Positions 1 through 5,311 of a DNA stretch of 5,311 nucleotides are shown one piece after another. Position 1 is the first letter of the stretch. The number at the start of each line of letters is the position of its first letter. The DNA lies in the NCBI GenBank assembly GCA_964457525.1, contig CAYWGS010000106.1, positions 1 through 5,311 on the forward strand, given 5' to 3'. The notes beneath the pieces are model-generated. The model searched no databases. It was given only the letters and a program-made list of their open reading frames with translations, and was not told the origin of the DNA. The position numbers were made by a program, and so were the translations under genes. Source of the stretch: an uncultured Erysipelotrichaceae bacterium. Its GTDB lineage: Bacteria > Bacillota_I > Bacilli_A > Erysipelotrichales > Erysipelotrichaceae.

Positions 1-5
1 GCATT

Positions 6-34
6 TTTTCAAACCTTGATAAGTTTGGTATAAT
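6..34 (+). promoter_or_regulatory. Candidate sigma-A-type promoter with extended -10 (TGgTATAAT) for the ORF1-dnaD-nth operon
   Basis: tggtataat at 26-34 is TG-n-TATAAT: a perfect -10 hexamer at 29-34 with TG at 26-27. A weak -35-like ttttca lies at 6-11 with a 17-nt spacer. A T-run at 4-9 could be the tail of an upstream terminator. This is a sequence-only prediction with no transcript data. Confidence 0.45.
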
Positions 35-41
35 TGTAAAG

Positions 42-506
42 ATGAAACGTTGGCAAGAAAAAATTCCGAGTATTAATTTAGCCTTAATCAATCTAATTTT
101 GATTTTTTTAATCGTTTTAGCTTTTATTGTTGGACCAACCAATAAAATGTGGTTTGATCAACAAAAAGTACTTAACAAAGTAATTGAACGATTAGAAATT
201 GATACTTGTAATAATATTGTTTCTTATTATTTCGATAAACAGATGTATTCCGCACAATGTACCATTAATGAAGTTGAATATTATCTCTTCTTTGATGATA
301 ATGCCATTCTATACGATAAGATACCGGTTGATGTAAGTAAAGAAACCGAAGATTATATGAACCTTTTAGATCAGTACTCAATAAGTAATAGTAGTTATCA
401 ACTCATCTATTATAAAAATAAAATTGGATACTGGATTAAATCAAAACAGGGTGAATATATTTTTGATTACAGTAGTTTAGATGTTATGTTGAAAGTGAGA
501 TTTTAA
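42..506 (+). CDS. Single-pass membrane-anchored protein with a PepSY-like extracytoplasmic domain (tentatively YpmB/TseB-like)
   Basis: ATG at 42, TAA at 504-506, 154 aa. The basic N-terminus MKRWQEK is followed by a ~22-residue hydrophobic segment (SINLALINLILIFLIVLAFIVG, nt ~69-134), which reads as a signal-anchor. The remaining ~120 aa is beta-rich and ends in ...IGYWIKSKQGEYIFDYSSLDVM, the strand-turn-strand pattern typical of PepSY-type domains. Size and topology resemble B. subtilis YpmB/TseB as I recall it, but I did not align them. There is no Shine-Dalgarno upstream. The frame is also open to the window's 5' edge, so a start further upstream cannot be formally excluded. Confidence 0.6.
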   Translation: MKRWQEKIPSINLALINLILIFLIVLAFIVGPTNKMWFDQQKVLNKVIERLEIDTCNNIVSYYFDKQMYSAQCTINEVEYYLFFDDNAILYDKIPVDVSKETEDYMNLLDQYSISNSSYQLIYYKNKIGYWIKSKQGEYIFDYSSLDVMLKVRF

Positions 507-507
507 T

Positions 508-1050
508 ATGAAATATGATTCCCATAAGAGATACTTTAATCGCAAAAACTGGATTTTAGAAGAAAACTATCGTCTTGATTTAACTCCGCTTGAAACCCTT
601 GTGTTATTAAATATTGAGCATTTCAATGAGTTTAGACTTCCAATTGATTTAAATCAATTCGCGAGAAGTTGTAATTCAAGTACAAGTGACATTGATAAAG
701 CACTCACACAACTGATATATCGTGGCTATTTAAAAATTGAAATGGCACAAGATACTGTTGTATATAATACAGATGCTTTATATGAGTTAATCGAGGTTAA
801 ACAAACTGAAGTCACTACAGATATCATTGAAATCTTTGAAAATGAATTTAAACGTCCTCTTAGTACAAATGAAATTGATAAAATTAACTATTGGTTATCT
901 CAAGTAGACTATGCTTATTTAATTCATGCCTTAAGAGAAGCCATCATTTATCGTAAATTAAGTTTTCCCTATATCGAACGAATTCTCTTAGATTGGGTCA
1001 AGAATAAAGTAACACTTGAACAACTCAACGCAGGTAAGCGAAATGAATGA
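508..1050 (+). CDS. dnaD: DnaD-family replication initiation / primosome (helicase-loading) protein
   Basis: ATG at 508 lies 1 nt after the upstream TAA. TGA at 1048-1050, 180 aa. The C-terminal half has the DnaD/DnaB-type DDBH2 signature, including YxxxIxxxW (FPYIERILLDW; Y155, I159, W163; nt 970-996). The N-terminal ~100 aa fits a winged-helix DDBH1-type domain. The gene sits directly upstream of nth, as in B. subtilis. A weak SD-like GAAAG lies at 491-495. Confidence 0.85.
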   Translation: MKYDSHKRYFNRKNWILEENYRLDLTPLETLVLLNIEHFNEFRLPIDLNQFARSCNSSTSDIDKALTQLIYRGYLKIEMAQDTVVYNTDALYELIEVKQTEVTTDIIEIFENEFKRPLSTNEIDKINYWLSQVDYAYLIHALREAIIYRKLSFPYIERILLDWVKNKVTLEQLNAGKRNE

Positions 1051-1678
1051 GAAGACAAGATTTATTCTTGATACAGTTTATAAAATGTATCCTGATGCGA
1101 CATGTGAACTCGATTTTTCGAATAATGAAGAACTAGCAATTGCGGTCATCTTAAGTGCTCAAACAACGGATATATCCGTTAATAAAGTTACACCAAAGTT
1201 GTTCAGCCGATTTAAGACAATGGAAGAACTTGCGAATGGTAGCGAAGAAGAAATAAGTGAATGTATTCGTTCGATAGGTTTATATCGTAACAAAGCAAAG
1301 AATATTAAACTCTTTGCACAACAGTTAATTGAAAAACATAATGGTAAATTACCCAATACTGAAGAAGAATTACGAGCATTAGCTGGAATTGGAAGAAAAA
1401 CTGCCAATGTTGTCTTGGGTGTTGGATTTAATGTCCCAGCATTAGCAGTGGATACACATGTAGATCGTGTTAGCCATCGATTAGGTTTGGTTACACAAAA
1501 GGCGAATGTATTACAGACTGAACTGCAACTTAAACGAAAGATACCAAAAGAAGAGTGGATAATGGCACATCATGCGCTCTTGTTCTTTGGTCGATATCAC
1601 TGTTTAGCTAGAAGTCCTAAATGTGAATCCTGTCCATTAAAGGATGTTTGTCGATACTACAAAAAACTAGAATCTTAA
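1043..1678 (+). CDS. nth: Endonuclease III (DNA-(apurinic/apyrimidinic site) lyase / thymine glycol glycosylase)
   Basis: With ATG at 1043 the product is 211 aa and begins MNEKTRFILDTVYKMYPDATCELDF..ELAIAVILSAQTTD, collinear with the N-termini of E. coli and B. subtilis Nth. It has the HhH-GPD motif LAGIGRKTANVVLG (catalytic Lys codon 1397-1399) and the catalytic Asp context VDTHVDRV. It also has the [4Fe-4S] ligand pattern C-x6-C-x2-C-x5-C (CLARSPKCESCPLKDVC, nt 1601-1651). AGGT at 1032-1035 is a plausible SD. The ORF-track start at 1016 is a TTG that adds 9 non-conserved residues. Confidence 0.95.
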   Translation: MNEKTRFILDTVYKMYPDATCELDFSNNEELAIAVILSAQTTDISVNKVTPKLFSRFKTMEELANGSEEEISECIRSIGLYRNKAKNIKLFAQQLIEKHNGKLPNTEEELRALAGIGRKTANVVLGVGFNVPALAVDTHVDRVSHRLGLVTQKANVLQTELQLKRKIPKEEWIMAHHALLFFGRYHCLARSPKCESCPLKDVCRYYKKLES

Positions 1679-1700
1679 TCGATTCTAGTTTTGTTTTTTT
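1661..1700. terminator. Probable bidirectional rho-independent terminator shared by convergent nth and ponA
   Basis: Inverted repeat aaaactagaatc (1663-1674) / gattctagtttt (1682-1693) around a 7-nt loop ttaatcc (1675-1681). The core is the 8-bp stem CUAGAAUC/GAUUCUAG. On the + strand it is followed by ttttgtttttt. It is preceded by aaaaaa (1661-1666), which gives a U-tract after the same hairpin on the - strand transcript. The stem is AU-rich (3 G:C pairs in 12), so strength is uncertain. Confidence 0.55.
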
Positions 1701-4686
1701 ATGGAGTCGTAGTAGTGGTTGTATAGTATGTAATTCCACCAGCAGCATATATTTCACTTAGATACTTTGAACCTGTGTACACAATACCATCAACTTCAAG
1801 TTTTGTTATTGGACCAGTTGTTTTTTGCCCAGTCGCTAATTTACATAAATTTGCATAGGTTGTGCAATATGTAGGTAATGATTCTGCATTTGTAAAATCG
1901 GTTGATAATATTTCTTTATCCTTAATCACAAATACATTGAAAGTTAATGAATCTTTACTTGTGATATCAATCGTTGTGTTGTTTTTATCTGCAGGATCAA
2001 TCTTAACGATTTTGCCTACTAGATTGATTTCACTGACATCTTTTGCATCTACTTCATTAATAGGGAATTTTGATGCAGTTAATCCATTTGCACTTATCCA
2101 AGAAGTAAGTACAGATGTTGTTTCACCAATAAAGTTTGGAATATTTAAGAATAATTCATTCATCTTATCTGTTTTACATAATTCTGTACTATTAACTTCT
2201 ACATAATCATATCCATAATAACCGCAAACAGTTACAGTTGAATTTGGATTTGCATTTATGGTTGTTGTGAGTACATTTGAGTTTGATTTAATCTTGTATT
2301 CTGTTCCATCAACATTGATTTTAGCTTTATATACGATAGGACCATACAACCAAGAGTAATCGAATAATCTTTGACCAGTTCCTTGAGCAACTTTTCCAGC
2401 AACTTCAAGATAATAATCTTTTGTGTTTGGTGCAACGACCAATGCTTTAGGATCCGGGTATGCATTTAGAGTTAGTTTGTATGTCCGACTGTTTCCATTA
2501 CTTGTAATTTCTCGATTAAATGAAGAAGGAGTCATAATGGTTGGATTAGTTAATGTGCCTAAATTAGCGTATTCCGATTTTATTAATCCAGAAACAACAA
2601 GTGCAGGATTTGTACTTGAGTTAGGGGACACATATGGATAGATACCAATCACATGTGTTACATCAATAACACCAGCTGGACGAGAAATACTTGAAGGGTT
2701 TGATCTTTCACTATAAAGTGAATTTAGAACTTCGTTACTAATTTTACCGGGTAAATTTAGATTAATTTGGGACTGATTCATGTAAGAGACTTGATCTTTA
2801 ACTGCTTTATCATATCCGACCCATACAGCGGTTGTGAATTCACTGGTAGAACTTAACATCCATTTATCTTTTGCGGCACCAGCAGGAATTCCAAACTTAA
2901 CACCTTCATTACCCCAGTCAGAAGTACCAGTTTTAGCATAAACAGAGAAATTTCTCTTTAGGATTTGCATAAAATTGAAATATGGGCCAGAAACATTCTG
3001 TTCCATCATAGTAGCAGTCATATAGGCAGCTTCTGCAGAAAGGGTATTCGTAGAGGTATAACTTGGTGTAATTGGTTCTTTACCATCCAAAAACTCGATA
3101 CGAGTAACAGTGTGTGGTTGAATATAGTTACCACCGTTAATTATACTTGCCTGAGCACCAGCAAGTTGTAGAGGTGATGCTTCGAAACTAGAACCACCAA
3201 TAGCATAACCAATATCAAATTTATCTGAAGTTACATCACTGAAACCAATACTATTGAGATAACTAACAACTTTCTTGACACCGATTGTATCAACAACGGA
3301 TTGTAAGGTTTGAATTGCTGGGATATTTAGGGAGTTACCAATTGCGGCAGGGACTAAGATATCGCCTCGGTAGTTATTGTCAAAGTTCTTAACAATTACG
3401 TCTAATCCTACATATTGGATCGGTTTATCTTCTAACATATGTTGTGTTGACCAACCTAAGTGTTCAAACGCTAACGGATAAGTTAAGAATGTTTTAACTG
3501 AAGATCCCGGTTGACGCTTCATATTTATAGCTCGATTAAGTAGTCGCTCCCCATTGTAGAAACGACCTCCACCAATTCCTAAGATTTCTCCTGTAGAATT
3601 GTTCATCGTAACAATCGCTGTTTGAATAATATCGTTTGGCCATGCAACATTTGTTATTTCACCATTTTGAACTTTCTCAATGGTTTCTTGTGTATTACGG
3701 TCCATCGTAGTATAAATACGCATTGGAACATCGACTGGATCGAGACCTGTTAGTTCTTTAACTTCTTGAATTGCGGCATCGACAAATGCTTGATATGGGA
3801 AGTTATTTGCACTTGATTTTGTATTACCAACTAATAAATTCTCAATTCTAACAGATTTAGCAAGACTTAATTCTTCTTCGGTAATATATCCGTGTCTTTC
3901 CATTAAGTCTAAAACAGTGTTAATTCGTTTTTGAGCAAGTTCAAGATTGTTCATTGGATTAAATGCATTTGGAGCATTAATAACACCCGCTAACATTGCG
4001 GCTTCTACCAATGTAATATCTTGAACATCCTTCCCAAAGTAATATTGAGCAGCCGTTTGAACGCCACGTTTATTACCAGGAACGCCATAGTTGATACGAT
4101 TTAGATAGAGTTCAAGAATACGTTTTTTACTTAATACTTTTTCAGCTTGTAATGCGACATATATTTCTTTTATTTTACGATTTACACCCGCTAAACCAGA
4201 ACGAACTGCGGTTGCCTCTTCAGTTTCAAAATAGGTACCCTTAACTAATTGCATTGTAAATGTCGATCCACCTTGCGCAAAACTCATGGATAGTACATTC
4301 TCAACCATTGCTTTTGCGAAACGAGGAATATCAAATCCATTGTGTTCAAAGAAACGTGAATCCTCTATCGCAACAAAGGCATCAATAAGTACTTGAGGCA
4401 TATCATCATAACTGATATTTTCGCGAATTTGATAACCAACATCAGTTATTAAGTTTCCATCTGAATCAAATAGTTTTGAACTATCTGACATCACGAAATC
4501 ATTACTATCTAAAGTAGGTGCACCACTAATAACGACTGCTATATAAGCTATACCACTACTACTCACTAAAATAGCAAGTACTAGAAAAACAGACACAACA
4601 ATCGCTAGTTTATCTTTGAGTGATTTTTTTGTCGTTTTTGTTTGATTTTTGTTTTTAAACTTATTCAATATTTTTAGACGCTTCAT
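1699..4686 (-). CDS. ponA: Bifunctional class A penicillin-binding protein (glycosyltransferase GT51 + D,D-transpeptidase), PBP1/PBP1A type, with a long C-terminal extension
   Basis: ATG at 4686..4684, TAA at 1701..1699, 995 aa. A Lys-rich cytoplasmic tail is followed by one TM segment (LAIVVSVFLVLAILVSSSGIAYIAVVI). GT51 motifs: AIEDSRFFEHNG (catalytic Glu108, nt 4365..4363), GGSTFTMQL, RKIKE and KRILELYLN. Transpeptidase motifs: S395-S-V-K (nt 3504..3493), S452-L-N (from nt 3333) and K585-T-G (from nt 2934). A strong SD AAAGGAG lies 7 nt upstream. The gene is directly downstream of recU, as in the B. subtilis recU-ponA operon. Confidence 0.95.
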   Translation of the reverse strand: MKRLKILNKFKNKNQTKTTKKSLKDKLAIVVSVFLVLAILVSSSGIAYIAVVISGAPTLDSNDFVMSDSSKLFDSDGNLITDVGYQIRENISYDDMPQVLIDAFVAIEDSRFFEHNGFDIPRFAKAMVENVLSMSFAQGGSTFTMQLVKGTYFETEEATAVRSGLAGVNRKIKEIYVALQAEKVLSKKRILELYLNRINYGVPGNKRGVQTAAQYYFGKDVQDITLVEAAMLAGVINAPNAFNPMNNLELAQKRINTVLDLMERHGYITEEELSLAKSVRIENLLVGNTKSSANNFPYQAFVDAAIQEVKELTGLDPVDVPMRIYTTMDRNTQETIEKVQNGEITNVAWPNDIIQTAIVTMNNSTGEILGIGGGRFYNGERLLNRAINMKRQPGSSVKTFLTYPLAFEHLGWSTQHMLEDKPIQYVGLDVIVKNFDNNYRGDILVPAAIGNSLNIPAIQTLQSVVDTIGVKKVVSYLNSIGFSDVTSDKFDIGYAIGGSSFEASPLQLAGAQASIINGGNYIQPHTVTRIEFLDGKEPITPSYTSTNTLSAEAAYMTATMMEQNVSGPYFNFMQILKRNFSVYAKTGTSDWGNEGVKFGIPAGAAKDKWMLSSTSEFTTAVWVGYDKAVKDQVSYMNQSQINLNLPGKISNEVLNSLYSERSNPSSISRPAGVIDVTHVIGIYPYVSPNSSTNPALVVSGLIKSEYANLGTLTNPTIMTPSSFNREITSNGNSRTYKLTLNAYPDPKALVVAPNTKDYYLEVAGKVAQGTGQRLFDYSWLYGPIVYKAKINVDGTEYKIKSNSNVLTTTINANPNSTVTVCGYYGYDYVEVNSTELCKTDKMNELFLNIPNFIGETTSVLTSWISANGLTASKFPINEVDAKDVSEINLVGKIVKIDPADKNNTTIDITSKDSLTFNVFVIKDKEILSTDFTNAESLPTYCTTYANLCKLATGQKTTGPITKLEVDGIVYTGSKYLSEIYAAGGITYYTTTTTTP
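1927..2142 (-). other. PASTA-like module inside the ponA C-terminal extension (residues ~849-920)
   Basis: IPNFIGETTSVLTSWISANGLTASKFPINEVDAKDVSEINLVGKIVKIDPADKNNTTIDITSKDSLTFNVFV follows the PASTA consensus. It has hPxhhG at the start, then a helix ending in GL, then G-x-h-V-x-h-x-P, and a terminal alternating h-x-h-x-V strand. This was judged by eye and not scored with an HMM. Confidence 0.5.
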
Positions 4687-5267
4687 TTATTTTCTCCTTT
4701 GAAAAGAGTCTCATCCAATACTTTTAAGTAATGAATGGGTGGAGTTAGAGAAAAAGGGATGCAATAACCATTTTCTTTTATCCATGCATAGGGAATTGAT
4801 TTACGATCATTGGTTTGAATGAATCGATCTAAATCTTTAAAGTAAAGTAAATATGTTTCGTTGTAATATACAAATCGAATGATTAAGAAACAAACACCAC
4901 CATGGTATTCGACATTTCGCATATGATCCAACTGATGAGGATGAATATTCTTTAATGGAAAGGCAGTATCACTTTTGGTTTCCTTTGCTTCAAAATCGAT
5001 TGCTTTAGAACGATATACACCATTGTAATCCGTTGTACTCGGTATTTTATAGTATGCTTCTACGATTTTAGCTTTATTCCGAGATGGATAATCTACACGT
5101 ACAACCGTTATCGGTGTTGGTTTCTTATGAATATTTGCTTTATTAAGATCCAAATAATATTGATTTGTTTGATTTAGATCTTCTTCAAGATTCGCTCCAC
5201 GATAAGAATGCGACTTAACTTTTGTAGTATTCTGGATACTCTGTTTTCGATTTGGGTAATTTATCAT
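4683..5267 (-). CDS. recU: Holliday junction resolvase RecU
   Basis: With ATG at 5267..5265 the product is 194 aa and starts MINYPNRK, matching the MIRYPNGK / MNYPNGK N-termini I recall for B. subtilis and S. aureus RecU. Conserved blocks: RGANLEEDLNQTNQYY, IHKKPTP, and the catalytic STTDYNGVY...IDFEAKETK (nt ~4983-5030). Stop TGA at 4685..4683. The ORF-track start at 5300 adds 11 non-conserved residues. Confidence 0.9.
   Translation of the reverse strand: MINYPNRKQSIQNTTKVKSHSYRGANLEEDLNQTNQYYLDLNKANIHKKPTPITVVRVDYPSRNKAKIVEAYYKIPSTTDYNGVYRSKAIDFEAKETKSDTAFPLKNIHPHQLDHMRNVEYHGGVCFLIIRFVYYNETYLLYFKDLDRFIQTNDRKSIPYAWIKENGYCIPFSLTPPIHYLKVLDETLFKGENK
4694..4700 (-). promoter_or_regulatory. Shine-Dalgarno site for ponA, embedded in the last codons of recU
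   Basis: The - strand reads AAAGGAG-aaaataa-ATG. The 7-nt SD core is separated from the ponA ATG (4686..4684) by a 7-nt spacer. The recU stop TGA (4685..4683) overlaps that ATG. Confidence 0.75.
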
Positions 5268-5311
5268 ATTTTTTCCAAGTTCTACAATCGCAGGCCCCAT
5301 AGAACCTGTAA

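Noticed and set aside
16-21. ttgata as the -35 element of the upstream promoter
   Set aside because: It is a good hexamer but lies only 7 nt from the TATAAT at 29-34, far from the 16-18 nt spacing required. The extended -10 TG motif is the more credible determinant.
1159-1407. 82-aa ORF on the - strand inside nth
   Set aside because: It is fully antisense to the strongly supported nth CDS. The sequence is low-complexity (S/L/F-rich), as expected from the reverse complement of AT-rich coding DNA, and it has no SD or promoter context.
1705-1722. Six consecutive Thr codons at the extreme ponA C-terminus (YYTTTTTTP) as a DNA-level tandem repeat
   Set aside because: The six Thr use four different codons (ACA ACC ACT ACT ACG ACT), so this is not a slippage-prone nucleotide repeat. 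It is a protein-level low-complexity tail of unknown significance and too short to interpret.
1862-2206. 114-aa ORF on the + strand inside the ponA C-terminal region
   Set aside because: It is antisense to ponA. The L/S/I/V-rich composition is typical of a shadow ORF, and it has no start context or recognisable motif.
2256-2465. 69-aa ORF on the - strand in an alternative frame of ponA
   Set aside because: It lies on the same strand as ponA but out of frame with it and entirely within it. It has no SD and no recognisable motif, so it is most simply a chance open frame.
2423-3171. Two + strand ORFs (2423-2641, 72 aa; 2965-3171, 68 aa) antisense to the ponA transpeptidase region
   Set aside because: These are shadow ORFs inside a well-supported CDS. 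They have no translation signals and no motif content.
4621-4668. A/T homopolymer runs (for example T7 at 4624-4630, giving AAAAAAA on the coding strand) at the ponA 5' end as a possible phase-variation or slippage tract
   Set aside because: The runs simply encode the Lys/Asn/Thr-rich cytoplasmic tail (KNKNQTKTTKKSLK). Seven nucleotides is short for slipped-strand switching and unremarkable in AT-rich DNA.
4778-4786. DnaA-box-like ttatccatg
   Set aside because: It matches TTATCCACA at only 7 of 9 positions, occurs once, and lies inside the recU coding sequence. There is no cluster or AT-rich unwinding element, so it is not an origin feature.
5268-5311. N-terminal extension of recU (ORF-track start at 5300; frame open to the window edge)
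   Set aside because: The extra residues MGPAIVELGKN have no counterpart in the RecU proteins I recall, whereas MINYPNRK at 5267 matches the canonical RecU N-terminus. The region is probably the 5' UTR. I found no convincing promoter hexamers within the 44 nt available.
1-5311. Possibility that the window encodes a novel defence, mobile or otherwise undescribed multi-gene system
   Set aside because: Every sizeable ORF is accounted for by a conserved housekeeping function (DnaD, Nth, PBP1A, RecU) in a recognised syntenic arrangement. The intergenic space totals under ~110 nt. I found no repeats, integrases, toxins, nucleases of unknown type or compositional breaks. Only ORF1 and the ponA C-terminal extension remain functionally unassigned.

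Overview
This is an AT-rich (roughly one-third GC by eye), gene-dense stretch of core genome. It most likely comes from a wall-bearing low-GC Firmicute (Bacilli or Erysipelotrichia-like) that uses the standard bacterial code, since TGA acts as a stop and Trp is TGG. Two convergent operons fill the window. On the + strand: a small membrane-anchored PepSY-like protein (42-506), then dnaD (508-1050), then nth/endonuclease III (best start 1043, end 1678). On the - strand: recU (4683-5267), then ponA, a 995-aa class A penicillin-binding protein (1699-4686). The operons meet at a 20-bp intergenic gap holding a hairpin with T/A tracts on both sides, a probable bidirectional terminator. The order dnaD-nth ... 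ponA-recU matches the Bacillus subtilis neighbourhood as I recall it. Gene junctions are tight (1-nt gap, 8-nt overlap, 4-nt ATGA overlap). I see no tRNA or rRNA, CRISPR array, transposase, integrase, long repeat or defence-like gene, and no evidence for a novel multi-gene system. This is an ordinary housekeeping locus. The items worth a second look are modest. (1) ponA has a ~315-aa C-terminal extension with a PASTA-like module and two cysteine pairs. (2) The first gene may be expressed from a leaderless mRNA, because a TGnTATAAT element ends 7 nt before its ATG and there is no Shine-Dalgarno. (3) An envelope-facing YpmB/TseB-like protein is translationally coupled to dnaD-nth. (4) DnaD has a short C-terminal tail. 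All family assignments rest on motifs read by eye and recalled homologues. No database search was run.
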